Origin: Torpedo marmorata
Taxonomy: Eukaryota
Reading direction: 5' to 3'
Assembly: GCA_977017645.1 (NCBI GenBank)
Contig: OZ360232.1
Span: 77,562,001-77,626,000, forward strand
Length of the DNA: 64,000 nucleotides
The notes under the pieces are model-generated. The model made no database searches. It was not told the DNA's origin and saw only the letters and a list, made by a program, of their open reading frames with translations. This document shows positions 23,701 to 36,900 of this stretch, one piece after another; within the stretch, counting starts at the first letter, position 1, and every line of letters begins with the position of its first letter. Made by a program: the position numbers and the translations under genes.

Positions 23701-24827
23701 GTGTCCATGAGGAACTGCCGTCCAGAATTCTTGTCCCTGACGTAAAGTAGGCTGTCTCTGTGGCCAGCCGTCGTAGCCACTAGAGACGGCTGGCCATATC
23801 GTTTCCCGGGCTTGCAGAGGGACCTGCACCAGTGGGCCTTCGGGCCCCAACGACGGTGGTAGAAACACCAATCGAGGCTGGCGTCGTCGCTGCTGCTACC
23901 GTGGGCTGTGCGTTTGGTGGGACGATCAGGGTTGGGGTGTTGGGTTTTTGGTTTGACCACTTGGTCGACCATTGTCTGATTCACCCTTCCTGCTTCCCAG
24001 AGAGTGTCCGCTCGAGTTGCCACCGTCCTGGGCATGGAGAAATCTGCCTCTGCAAGTGCCAGGTGCATGCTGAGTGGCATTATCTCTAAGAAAACCTGCT
24101 CGAAGAAAAGGCACGGTGGCCTCCTGTGAGGGCCAGCATCTCGTCCATGAGCTGTGAGGGCGATCTGTCTCCCAGCCCGTCCAGCCGCAGCAAGCGGGCA
24201 CCCTGCTCCCGTCGCGAAAGCCCGAAAGTGTTCATCAACAGGGCTTTGAAAGCGGGGTATTTACCCTCCTCCGGTGGTCGGTGCAGGAAATCTTCCACCC
24301 GTGCGACTGCGTCCTCTCTGAGTGAGCTGACCACATGGTAGTACTTGGTGGCATCTCCGATGATGCTGCAGAGTGCAAATTGTGCTTTTGCCTGATCGAA
24401 CCACACATGGGGTCGGTGGGTCCAGAAGGTCGGTAGCTTGACGGCGACTGCGCTGATGGCCGTGGAGTCGGTCATTGTAGGTCCAAATTCATTTGGACTT
24501 GTCGGGGTCACCAATGTAGCGTGAGCTACACAGAATTCTGAAGAACAACACACAGTCGGTGGGTTGCAAGCAAGACTTTAATTGGGTCTTGCAGCCCTGG
24601 CTCTTAAGCAGGGATGCAAGCTTAATAGCTGTCATTTACATGACCATTGCTGCTTAATCGCTGTCGTCTACAGGACAATGGGAGCTGTACATTACAATGG
24701 GAACTTTCCCGGGTCTCCTGTCCTTCTTCTCCTGGTTGAAGTAGGGGGATCGGTGCCATCTTTGCGCCGGCCCCTGCTGTTCCCACATGTACTTGCGCGG
24801 CCGCCATTGCGGGCATCGGTTCACTTG
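20718..24827 (-). mobile_element. Gypsy LTR retrotransposon, CsRn1/Kabuki-like clade, decayed
   Basis: Gag VKLPTFW..WF and CHCC motif CFYHRRWGPKAHWCRSLC; protease LMDTGA; RT YLDD; RNase H DAS; IN SDRGAQF; LTRs 20718-~21005 (truncated by deletion into IN) and 24515-gap; multiple frameshifts. Confidence 0.92.
24501..24513 (-). other. Primer-binding site complementary to tRNA-Trp (TGGTGACCCCGAC)
   Basis: 1 nt after the 5' LTR end (..GCTACA). Confidence 0.85.
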
Positions 24828-25050
24828 NNNNNNNNNNNNNNNNNNNNNNNNNNNNNNNNNNNNNNNNNNNNNNNNNNNNNNNNNNNNNNNNNNNNNNNNN
24901 NNNNNNNNNNNNNNNNNNNNNNNNNNNNNNNNNNNNNNNNNNNNNNNNNNNNNNNNNNNNNNNNNNNNNNNNNNNNNNNNNNNNNNNNNNNNNNNNNNNN
25001 NNNNNNNNNNNNNNNNNNNNNNNNNNNNNNNNNNNNNNNNNNNNNNNNNN
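24828..25050. other. Assembly gap (N run)
   Basis: 223 N. Confidence 1.
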
Positions 25051-25098
25051 AAATTTTGAATTGAATTCGTAGCATGCTTTCTTTTTTACTTCCTGACT

Positions 25099-25155
<57 letters not shown>

Positions 25156-25204
25156 TGTGTAAAAGAAGTCAAAAAGAACGCATGCTACGTTCAATTCAAA
25201 ATTT
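25051..25204. repeat. Imperfect inverted repeat centred on (TA)n
   Basis: aaattttgaattgaa..cgtagcatgc..tctttt versus its reverse complement at 25165-25204. Confidence 0.75.
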
Positions 25205-25464
25205 TGAACTCATTTGACTCGGGACTCATTTCTACCCAGTTATATTACACAATATGTCACTTTAACTTTTGAACATTGTGTTCCAAATTAACATTAAGTT
25301 ATCTTTGCAATTACTCATCATTCACAATCCATATTCCTCAGATTTAAAAATACTCAAAAACTGTATTTCCACTATCCTGAGGAAGACAGTTCCATGGTTC
25401 ACGGCTCTGAGAAAACAAAATGTGCCTCATCGCAATCATAAATAGACAATCGATTATTGTAGAA

Positions 25465-26550
25465 CATCATCCGCCGCATCTGTTCCCAAGATGAGGTGTT
25501 CCACTCCAGATCTTCTGAAATGTCTGCCTTTTTCCACAAACGTGGCTTCCCCTCCACCACCATCAACTCAGCCCTCACTCGCATCTCCTCCATTTCCCGC
25601 TCATCTGCCCTGGCCCCCTCTGCCCCCAGACGCAACAAACATAGAGTACCCCTCATCCTCACCTACCACCCCACCAGCCTCCGCGTCCAACACATTATCC
25701 GCCGGAATTTCCAGCACTTGCTGCAGGATCCCACCACCAGACACATTTTTCCTTCTCCTCCCCTCTCGGCCTTCCGTAGGGACCGCTCCCTCCGCGATTC
25801 ATTCGTGCACTCGTCCCTCCCCACCCATCCTACCCCCGGAACCTTCCCCTGTGCCCGCAGGAGGTGCAACACCTGCGCCCACACCTCCCCCCTCACCACG
25901 GTCCAGGGCCCCAAACAGGCCTTCCAAGTGAAACTACACTTCACTTGTATATCCAAAGGACTTATCTACTGCATCCGGTGCTCCCTTTGTGGCTTTCTAT
26001 ACATTGGAGAGACCGGTCGTAGATTGGGAGACCGCTTTGCTGAGCACCTCCTCTCCGTCCGCAACAACAGCGACCTCCCAGTAGCCAACCATTTCAATTC
26101 TGGGTCACACTCCCACGCTCACATGTCTGTCCATGGCCTCATGTACTATCCCACCCAGACTACCCGCAAATTGGAGGAACAACATCTCATATTCCGTCTC
26201 GGCACTCTCCAGCCAGATGGCATTAACATTGACTTTTCTGCTTTCCACTAAACCTGTTTGTTGTTCCCTTCCCCTCCCCCCTCACCTGTCCTTCCTGTTT
26301 TTTTTCCACCCACCCAGCCATCCCTCCTCCCCCTCTTTGCTGCTGTCCCCTCCCTCCTTTCTCCACCTATCATCTCCTGCCTTTGCCACCCACCTTCCCC
26401 CCTCACTCCTTTGTTCGGACGCCTGCCGGCATTTTCTCATACTTTGATGAAGGGCTCAAGCCCGAAACGTCGGTTATGTATTTCTACCTTTGCTACATAA
26501 AAGACACTGTTTGACCTGCTGAGTTCTCCAGCTTTTGTGTTTTTTACTAT
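25465..26550 (+). mobile_element. Penelope-like element 3' part with GIY-YIG endonuclease
   Basis: ORF 25496-26251: VPLILTYHP..AFRRDRSLRD..CNTC..GLIYCIRCSLCGFLYIGETGRRLGDRFAEH..GTLQPDGIN; pyrimidine tract; tgatgaagggctcaagcccgaaac tail. Confidence 0.92.
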
Positions 26551-26777
26551 CCCTAGTTCTAGATTGTCCTTCAAGGGAAAATATCGCCACATCCACCATC
26601 ATTACTTTCCAACATTTCACGTTTCAATTAAATCCCCTCTCATTGTTCAAAATGCCAGCAGATACAAGCCTAACCTGTCCAACCCTTTCCTTGTTTGATA
26701 ACCCTTCTAAAATTTGTGTTATATTTTAAGAGTAGAAACGACAAGTGAGAAAACAATATGTTCTACAGCATTAGCAC

Positions 26778-26837
26778 CAGTTCAAACAGCTGCAAAGCTT
26801 CTGCAATTTTTGTAAATGTTTTGTTGAAAAAAGTCAA
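26778..26837 (-). CDS. Possible phase 0-0 exon of the host gene (LTFFNKTFTKIAEALQLFEL)
   Basis: In frame with neighbouring exons, but weak acceptor tract and weak donor. Confidence 0.25.
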
Positions 26838-27291
26838 CTGTAATCCATGATTAAACTTTGATTTTTTTTCTTTCAAACAAAATCCTATAATATCCAAATT
26901 AAAACTAATTTTCATTTCACATATTTGAATGCATACAGTAAACATAACAAAAAAAAATCATTTCATTGTGGACGTGCAGAGTCTGACAATCTTCCAATGT
27001 GACAGCAGCCAAAATAGGGAATCTCAAAAATCAAGTCCCAATTCACAGCAATTGCTTTGAAAGTAAAAAATGCTTGTATGTTATGAATATATGAATTATT
27101 TCAAGTAAATTTGATTACCATTAAGTGCGAAGTGCAAATGGTAAACACATGCAACTGTATTTTATGAAATTTCTGTTACAGCAATTCAAGAAAATCTTTT
27201 TTTATAATTTGCTTGCATAATTGACCAGAGTCTGTGCAATATAATGCAAGTCCATTACAAGAGTTGAAAGACATTCAAGACAGTTACTAAC

Positions 27292-27368
27292 CATATCAGC
27301 ATTCTTCTCCTTCCAATTTGTAGCATCGCTGTTGGAAGATACAGGAAATCTGAATATATCAGCATTCC
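27292..27368 (-). CDS. Putative exon of the host gene (GNADIFRFPVSSNSDATNWKEKNADM)
   Basis: Acceptor ttttatgtattgcag, donor GTTAGT, phase 1 to 0. Confidence 0.6.
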
Positions 27369-27651
27369 CTGCAATACATAAAAAGCACATATTTGATGTG
27401 GGGCATTTAAAAATTTTATGTGAAATCTGCATGGACTACATTTGGCATCTTGATCACAGAAAACAGTGTAATGTGCAAATATTCTGTATTTGGATCAATG
27501 ATTCTTCAAAGAATTCCAATATTAAACATATGGTAATATTCTACCAGCCATTTGTCACATTGAAATTTCAGAAAAAAAAATGAAATCAATAGAAATTTTG
27601 TCCCAAAAAATTTAAATATAAATATCAATATTGTTTATTTCTGTTGTTTTT

Positions 27652-27903
27652 TAAAATTTAGACAGACAGCACGGTAACAGGCCCTTTCGGCCCACGAGCC
27701 CATGCCGCCCAATTACACCCAATTGACCTACAACCCCCAGTACATTTTGAACAGTGGGAGGAAACCAGAGCCCCCAGAGAAAACCCACGCAGACAGGGGG
27801 AGAACATACAAACTCCTTACAGACAGCGCGACATTCAAACCCCGGTCCCGATTGCTGGCGCTGTAACAGCGTTGTGCTAACCGCTACGCTAAATGTGCCA
27901 CCC
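27652..27903 (-). mobile_element. V-SINE copy
   Basis: Reverse complement of the 920-1180 family. Confidence 0.88.
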
Positions 27904-28874
27904 TCACAAGCAGTCATTATACCACATACTGTATATAACTTTGTGAGATGAGCATAGATAATGTGTCAAACCATCCACACCACACGTTACATGTCAGAAG
28001 CTCTGGAAATTCATGTGAGCAATTAGCAAAATACATTTTGTGCAAAACAGGAGTAATATACTGTGGTGCTTGGAAATACGATGCTGGTTTAAAAATAATA
28101 CATTCTAACCAAAAATGAACAGAAGGCAAAGAAACTGGCTATTTTAAATTACTCAGCAAATACAGAGTACCACAATTTGACTGTCGGAAAGCTTGATTAG
28201 AGTCCCATGAACATGATTATGGAACCTTCTCAGATATCGACATAGTCAAACAAATGTTGGAGAGAATGGAACAAAAACAGAAAAAACAAATGCCCACAAC
28301 TTTAGTGGTGAAAATTGAAATTTCCCTAAAGTCTATATATTTTTAATACACACCATTAGCATTCAAAAATAGATTTTCTCCAGTTAAGTCCGTTTAAATG
28401 CTATTCTATAAGGGTGTCATCCCATAATGAACAATGTATTATTTTGCTGCAAAGACAGCAATACTTCTTTGAGGTCACAATCTCGAATTATGAAGTAAAA
28501 CATTTATTTAATTGTCTGATGGGAAACTTTGAAAAATAGCAACTGTGGATAGTACAAGGCCTAGAAATTACTCAATGACACTAAACAATGTTGTGGATCA
28601 GAGAGAGAAGTTCAATTCCAGGGATTACAGAGTAGTTGTTAGTTTTCCCAGTGTAATGCCACATTAAGACTGACTTTTTCAGTTATGATTTTTGGAGCCA
28701 GCTCAAAGGGACATATCTCACAAAACCAACACTTTTTCAGCTATAAGGGAGAGTTGCTACTGAATAATCAGTTGTCACAAAGAGAGGAGAAGGCTGCAAG
28801 AGAGAAAGGAATGGAATCCTTACAGGGGACAGATTAGGAAGATGTGTGGTCAAGGTAGCTGTGGGAGTTGGTGA

Positions 28875-30020
28875 GTTCCTTTCTTTCAATTCCTCTGTCT
28901 CCATCGCATCTGCACCCAGAACAGGGTTTTCCATGCTAGATCATTGGAGATGTCCTCCTTCTTGGAACAAAGTGGCTTCTGCTCGACCATCAACTCGGCC
29001 CTCACCTGCATATCCTCCATTACCCTCACATCTGGCCTGACCCCCTCCGCCCCCATGCGCAACAAGGACAGGATTCCCCTTGTCCTCACCTACCACCCCA
29101 CCAGCCTTCACATCCAACATATCCTGCTCTGCCATTTCTGCCACCTACTACGTGATCCAAACACATATTCCCCTCTCTTACTCTCTCTGCCTTCCCCAGG
29201 GACCTCTCCCTCCGTGACTTGCTCATCCACTCCTCCCTCTCCACCAATCGCCCCTGTGACTGCAGGAGATGCTCCACGCGCCCACACCTCCTCCCTCACC
29301 ACCATTCGGGGTCCCAAACAGTCCTTCCAAGTGAAGCAACACTTCACTTGTGAATCTGCAAGCGACATCTACTGCATCTGGTGCTCCCTTTGTGGTCTCC
29401 TCTACATTACGAGAGACTGGATGCAGACAAGGAGATCATTCAGCACCTTGGCTCTGACCACCACAATAGTGTAGATCTCCCAGTGACCACCCATTTCAAT
29501 TCCTCACCCCATTCCCTTGCTGACATGTCTGTCTGTCCATGGTCTCATGCACTGCCAGAACTGTGACCACCCGCAAATTGGAGGAATAACACCTCATCTT
29601 CCGTCTAGGCACCCTCCAACCAGGGGGTATTAACATAAACTTCTCCGGTTTCCGTTAACCTTGCCCCACCCCCCATCTTCTTCCCCTTGTCTCCTTTCCT
29701 CTAGCTCTCTCTCTCACTCTCTCTTCCCTTTTCCCTGTCTCCTTTCACAGAGCCAAAATCAATTCTCACCTTTCCTCTTATCATATCCAATTAACACCTT
29801 TTGTCTGTTGGTCTGTACTCCTCCCACTCCCATTCTTCCCCCTTTCTTTCCCCAGCCTTGAATTCAGACACCTGTCTTTTTTCACTCATACCTTGAGGAA
29901 GGGCTCAGGCCCGAAAGGTCAGTAATATATTTTTACTTCCTAAAGACGCTGCGAGACCGGCTGAGTTCCTCCAGCATTTGTTTGTTTTGACGACAATCAC
30001 AGCATATGCAGAGTTTCATG
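28875..30020 (+). mobile_element. Penelope-like element 3' part, decayed
   Basis: RIPLVLTYHPTSL..HFTCES..IYCIWCSLCGLLYI; same 3' tail as 25465-26550. Confidence 0.88.
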
Positions 30021-30605
30021 TTTGACTCTACTCAGAGAATCATTTAAGGACTCTTACTTTGCATATTATTTATTATTGAATATTTACTTTCTCTATGCAC
30101 AGAAAATTGTTTGCACTACCTTCTTGTTTACATTTCTATCTTTTGTATACGCATCTTTTCTTGAGAACAGGTTTTTTTTTTCACAACAGATAAGTAGAAA
30201 TTCTGCCTGGCCTGCAGGAAAAAGAATTTAAGGCTTCTATGCGATATCATGTATGTACTCTAACAATAAATCTGAACTTTGAACTTTAATGTCTCAAGGA
30301 CACAAGATCGATGAATACCTATACTTAGACTATTGCCAAGCTACTTCGCCAACTTCGATGGTTCAAGGGAAAAGTAGATGAACTATTTTTATCCTGATGT
30401 ATGAAGTTTGACTGATCTCCCAAATGCAGCAGTAAGCAACAGAGTAAAACGATTCAGAGATCAGCAGCAAAACTATGACGTCATATTGAGACAAACAAGC
30501 TGACAGTGACCATAGCTCTAACCTCCATGGGCAAAGCAATCAATACAGGCATGGGTCTGTATTTGAGATAACAATAATTCAGTTTGATATTGCCCTTTAA
30601 AAAAC

Positions 30606-32075
30606 AGAATCAGAATCAGAATTTATTGTCATGAACAAGTCATGAAATTCGGTGTTTTGCGGCAGCATCATAGTGCAATTAACATTCATATTAACCATCT
30701 TACGACATTACTATAAAAAATTATAAACAATAGTGCACGAAAAGTAAGGCAGTGTCTTTGGTTCATTGATTATTCAGGAATCTGATGGCAGCAGGGAAGA
30801 AGCTGTCCTTGTGCCGTTGAGTGCTCGTCTTTAGGCTCCTGAACCTTTTTCCCGATGGAAGCAGAGTGAAGAGGGCATGGCCTGGGTGGTGGGGGTCTTT
30901 GAGGATAGAGGCTGCTTTTTTAAGACACCGCCTCATGTAGATGTCCTCGATAGAGTGAAGTTTGGTGCCTGTGATGTCACAGGCTGAGTTAACAACCCTC
31001 TGGAGTTTACTCTTGTCCTGGGAGTTGGCGCCGCCATACCAGGCAGTGATGCAACCAGCCAGAATGCTCTCCACGGTACACCTGTAGAAGTTTACGAGAG
31101 TCTTTGGTGACATACCAAATCTCCGCAGACACCTCACGAAGTATAGCCGCTGACGAGCCTTCTTTGTGATTGCATCAACGTGGATGCTCCAGGACAGATC
31201 CTCGGAGATGTTGACACCCAGGAATTTGAAATTCTTGACCCTCTCCACTACTGAGCCCTCGATGAGGACTGGGTCGTGTTCCCCTGACTTCCTCCTGAAG
31301 TCCACAATCATCTCCTTGGTTTTGCTGACGTTGAGCTCAAGGTTGTTGCCATTACACCATTCAACGACCTGATCTATCTCCCTCCTGTACGCTTCCTCAT
31401 TGCCGTTTGTGATTCTGCCGACAACTGTGGTGTCATCGGCAAACTTGTAGATGGCATTGGAATTGTGCCTGGCCACACAGTCATGGGTGTATAACGAGTA
31501 GAGCAGTGGACTAAGCATGCATCCTTGGGGCGCGCCTGTGTTGATAATCAGTGAGGAGGAGACGTTGATTCTGATTCGTAGTGACTGTGGTCTTCCGATG
31601 AGAAAGTCAAGGATCCAGTTGCAGAGGGGGGTACAGAGGCCTAGAGTTTGTAGCTTCTTGACCAGCACTGAGGGAATAATGGTATTGAAGGCCGAGCTGT
31701 AGTCGATGAAGAGCAGCCGTATGTATGAATTGTTGTTTTCGAGGTGATCCAGAGCTGAGTGGAGAGCCAGCGATATTGCATCTGCTGTGGAGCGATTGTG
31801 ACGATAGGTGAATTGCAGTGGGTCCAGATCTTTGCTTAGGTATGTGTTAATTCTGGCCATGACCAGCCTCTCAAAGCATTTCATCACAGTAGAAGTTAGT
31901 GCTACTGGGCGGTAGTCGTTGAGGCAGCCCACACTACTCTACTTGGGTACCGGGATGATTGATGCCCTTTTGAAGCAGGTGGGAACCTCTGACTGCCGCA
32001 ATGAGAGGTTGAAAATGTCCGTGAACACTCCGGCTAGTTGGTTGGCGCAGATTTTCAGTACCCTACCAGGTACGC
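30606..32075 (-). mobile_element. Rex1/Babar LINE, 5'-truncated, RT ORF open (30763-31932)
   Basis: [35 protein letters not shown]; (ATTCTG)n tail. Confidence 0.95.
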
Positions 32076-32136
32076 CGGGGAAGGTTAGTAAAACATGATT
32101 ATTCCATGAGTAAATAAAAACTGTTCCATTTCAGAC

Positions 32137-32220
32137 CAATGCTCAAAAGTTTCACTGCAGACAAATGATGTTTGTTGCACGACTGTTGACATGTTTGGAG
32201 GAGTTTTTTGCCAAAAAACA
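32137..32220 (-). CDS. Putative exon 2 of the host gene (VFFGKKLLQTCQQSCNKHHLSAVKLLSI)
   Basis: Strong acceptor ttttttatttttacaacag; phase 1-1 joins exon 1 and the 27368 exon in frame; donor GTCTGA is weak. Confidence 0.55.
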
Positions 32221-32572
32221 CTGTTGTAAAAATAAAAAATAAATCCTGCCAAAATCTGAGTTCAACTTCCTGATCGGCACCAACAAACCCAGATATGTGC
32301 ACAAAATTGCTCTGCTCCGTTTAGCCAATTTTAAACCAATATTATACTGTTTGTTTTGGAGCTCTGAGAACAAATTTCTAGCCGCAATTGTGCTTTGGGA
32401 TACAAGCCTGAAGCCAATTTGAAATGTATGTTTTTGTTCACTTTTGTGCGTAATAGCATCACCATTAAATCATCATAAAATTAAGGTGACATTTCATGAA
32501 TAAGTTTACATTAAATAGCACCTTTCAGAATCTTGGGCCATTCAAGCTGACAGGGTACACTTGAAAGATAGT

Positions 32573-33060
32573 CAAGTTCAAATTTATTGTCAGAGTACAA
32601 ACATGACATCACATATAACCCTGAGATTCTTTTTCCTGCGGGCCAGGCAAAATTTCTAACTTATCGGTAGTGTTAACTGTACTCAAGAAAAAGATACATA
32701 TACAAAAGAGAATGTAAACAAAGAAAGAAATGTAAGCAAACTGTGCAAATATAGAAAAAAATAAATATTCAGTAATAAATAATGTGCAAAGTAAGTCCTT
32801 AAATGAGTCTCTGATTGAGTCTGTTGTTTAGGAGTCTGATGGTGGAGGGGTAGCAACTGTTCCTGAACCTGGTTGTACGAGTCCTGTGGCATCTATACCT
32901 CTTTCCTGATGACAGCAGTGAGAACAGAGCATGGTCTGGGTAGTGTGAATCCTTGATGATTGATGCTGCTCTCCGACAGCAGTGTTCCACGTAGATTTTC
33001 TAGATAATGCGGAGAGTTTTGCTTGTGATGACTGGGCTGCGTTCACTACCTTTTTCAGGG
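32573..33060 (-). mobile_element. Rex1/Babar LINE 3' fragment
   Basis: RAASIIKDSHYPDHALFSLLSSGKRYR..RFRNSCYP; related 3'UTR pieces at 30030-30285 (+) and ~12068-12140. Confidence 0.8.
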
Positions 33061-33106
33061 CTACCTAGTACCTAGTCAGTACTGTGATGCAAGAAAATCT
33101 GGAACT

Positions 33107-33360
33107 GGGTGGCATGGTTAGCGTAGCGGTTAGCGCAATGCTATTATAGAGCCGGCGACCCAGGATCGAATCCGGCGCTGTCTGTAAGGAGTTTGTACAT
33201 TCTCCCCATATCTGTGGATTTTTTCCTGGTGCTCTAGTTTCCTCCCACCCTCCAAAATGTGCGGGGTTGTAGGTTATTGGGTATAATTGGGCAGCACGGG
33301 TTTCAATAAGCAGAATCAGCTTCTACTGCGTTGTAAATAAAATTTTTAAAATTTTTTAAT
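33107..33360 (+). mobile_element. V-SINE copy
   Basis: A/B boxes and V-domain as above. Confidence 0.85.
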
Positions 33361-33908
33361 TTCAAATGGGGTATCATCCATACAAGGTGAAAAGATTGGT
33401 AAATCTTTGGGATTCTCTACCCGAGAGAGGTTGGAGCCTCGGTCATTAAATAAATTCAAAGCCAAATGGGCAGCCATTTAGTCATAAGGGAGTCAAAAGG
33501 CAATGAGTTTGTAGATGTTTTCCATGGTGGGAAGAGTTTTGCCTGTGATGTACTGGGATGTGTTCACTATCTTTTGCAAGGCTTTCTGCTCAGAGATATT
33601 GGTGCCCATATACCACACCGTGATGCAGCCAGTCAGCATACTTTCCACTGCGCATCTGTAGAAGTTTGCCAAGGTTTTCGATGTCATACCAAACCTCCGC
33701 AAACTCCTGAGAAAGTAGAGCCGCTGACGTGCTTTCTTCGTGATGACATTCGTGTGTTGGGTCCAGGAAAGGTCCTCCAAAATAGTGACTCCCAGGAATT
33801 TAAATCTGCTCACCTTCTCCACCTCTGATTCCCCAAAATGATCACTAGATCATACACCCCTGGTTTTCTCCTCCTGAAGTCCAAAATCAGCTCCTTGGGT
33901 TTAGTGAC

Positions 33909-36900
33909 TGTGGTGGAACGCGGTACTGAGGGTATGTCCGGGCATGTCCAGACATGTCCTCACTGGCTCACCGGGCTAACATGTAGCCCCTCCCCATTAC
34001 ATCCCCTAATAACGGCTGAGAGCACTTGTCTCCTCCCCTATACCTGCCTTGGAAGTGAGCCAGCAGCATGTAGAGGCATGCTCGAACTTTCTGATCAATA
34101 AAGCCTTTGATCACTTTCTTCGTGACTGTGAGTGGTCATTGATCGCGCTACAATTTATTAATCAGAATTTTAAATGCCATGGAGAAGGCAATTAGACTGG
34201 AGAAGCTGGACACAGACCCCAAGGAACCAGAGGCTTCCGTAAAGTTCGATATGTGGCTACACTGCTTGAACGCCTATCTGAGGCGCCACAATATCACAAC
34301 CAACCCGGATAAGTACGATATGCTCTTCGCAGCGGTGGGTCACAGAGCGTACCAAATTATCCGAGACTGCACCGAATATGAAGAGGCAATGGCTCTACTT
34401 TGACAACAATACGGAGACCCAGCGATCGCCATGTATACACGCTTCCAGCTGGGCTCCCGACGCCAGGGTCCTGGTGAGTCAGTAGACGAGTTCGTGAGGG
34501 CTATGCGGGAGCTGGGACAAGCCTGCAGGTGCCGGGACGTGAGCGCGGCGCTCTACCAAGAGGAGCTCATCCGCGATGGGCTCGTCGCGAGCTTCCGCTC
34601 CCAACACATAAGGGAGCGACTCTTGGAGGAAGGAGATCAGTCCCTCCAAGTAGTGGTGCAGATGGCCCGAGCGATGGAGACGGCCCAAAAGAACGCGGAG
34701 GCCTACTCAGCGGGCCACGCGGCCACCAGGTGGGGAGAACGGGCGGCGCCATCTTGGGCTTGGGGCCCCTGACTGCAGCGACCACCGCCGACCACGCGAG
34801 GTGCAACTACTGCGGCCAAAGTAGACACCCACGGAAGTACTGTCCGGCCCGTAGCGCAACCTGCTCAAACTGCCAGAGGAAGGGACATTATGCCAGGGTT
34901 TGTCGCTCCAAGCCCCACTCCAGCAGTGCAGCGTGCGGACCGCGACTCTCCTCGCCATCTTGGACCCACCCACTACCGCCGTCATTTCCGGCTGCCGAAA
35001 ACCGAGCTTCTGGAACAGGGGCGCAACAAAGAGGACTGACGTCACTTCCTGCTTCTTCTCCAGATTCGGCCGCGTGTGATCCATGGGGGCGGCCATCTTC
35101 ACTACCCCCTGGGCGGCCATCTTGGCGGCAGCCACCCCGAAACAGCAGCAGCGACTCGGACAGTGAGCTGACGCTGGCGTCCATTGTGCTGGACCAAGGG
35201 AGACCACACCAGCTGGGGCGATCGATGATGGACGTTGAGGTAAACGGTCACTCCACTGGCTGCCTGTTCGACACAGGAAGCACTGAGAGCTTCATACACC
35301 CGGGCACTGCCGAGCGTTATTCCTTGACCATGTCCCCAGCCAAGGGAAAGGTAGCACTAGCCTCCAAATCCCTTACCACGGAAATCCGCGGAAGCTGCAC
35401 CGTGACCCTAACTGTGGGGGGCACCAATTATAAGAATTTTAAACTGCTGGTAATGCCCCACCTCTGCGCACCCGTCATATTGGGGCTAGATTTCCAGTGC
35501 CAGTTCAAAGAGGTGCTGATGCAGTTTGACGGGCCCCACCCCCCGTCACTAATAACCAGTACCGGGAGGCCCCGCCCATTCCCCAGAGGAGGCCCAATCA
35601 CACGATTGAAAGCCGGGCTGGGTACCCGACCTGCGGACTAACCACCCTCCGGGTCCCTCCGCCCCCGCTGTTCCAAAACCTCACCCCGGACTGTAAACCC
35701 ATTGCAGGCGAAACAGCCCCGTGGACAGAAAATTCATTGAAACGGAAGTGGAGTGGCTGCGGGAGGAGGGCATTATAGAGTGGGGAGAGACATCGGATGG
35801 TAATTGACTACAGTCAGACCATCAACCGGTTCACCTTACTGGACGCCTACCCTTTGCCCCGCATATCGGAGATGGTAAATGAGATCGCCAAGTACAGGGT
35901 CTTTTCGACCATAGACCTAAAAGCGGCGTACCACCAGATCCCGATTCGCCCAAAAGACTGGTTGTACACAGCATTTGAGGCCAACGGCCGACTCTACCAT
36001 TTCCTGCGGGTCCCATTTGGTCTCACGAATGGGGTGTCAGTGTTCCAAAGGGAAATGGACCACATGGTGGATGACAATAAGCTGAAGGCTTCGTTTCCAT
36101 ACTTGGACAATGTCACCATCTGCGGCCATGACCAAAAGGAGCACGACGAGAACCTGCAGAGGTTCCTGGCCACCGCAAAGACACTCAACCTCACGTATAA
36201 TGAGAAAAAGTGTGTCTTTAGCACCAAAAGGCTGGCAATCCTGGGGTACGTGGTGGAGCATGGGGCTATCGCCCCTGACCCCGAGCGTATGCGCCCCCTA
36301 CTGGAATTACCTTTACCACAGAACCCCAAGGCTTTAAAAAGGTGCCTGGGGCTCTTCTCCTATTATGCCCAGTGGATCCCTAACTATGCGGACAAGGCCC
36401 AACCTCTAGTGAGAACCACGACTTTTCCCCCGTGGGCGGAGGCCCGTAAGGTTTTCGAGGGCATCAGAGGCGAGATTGCCAAGGCGGGAATGCACGCCAT
36501 TGATGAATCTGTCTCTTTCCAAGTGGAAAGTGATGCCTTTGACTTCGCCCTGGCCGCCACGCTGAACCAAGCGGGCAGGCCAGTCGGATTTTTTTCCCGT
36601 ACCCTCCAAGGCCCCGAACGCAGGCACTCCACCATCGAGAAGGAGGCACAGGCTATAGTGGAGGCAGTGCGTCACTGGAGGCACTACTTGGCCGGCAGAC
36701 CATTCACCCTGCTGACGGACCAGAGAGCCGTCGCTTTCACGCTTTCATAAACAGCGGGGTAAGATCAAAAATGACAAAATCATGAGGTGGGGAATTGAGC
36801 TGTCCACTTACAATTATGAAATATGGTACTGGCCAGGTAAGCTCAATGAGCCACCCGATGCCCTGTCCAGGGGAACCTGCACCAGGGTGCAAGTTGATCG

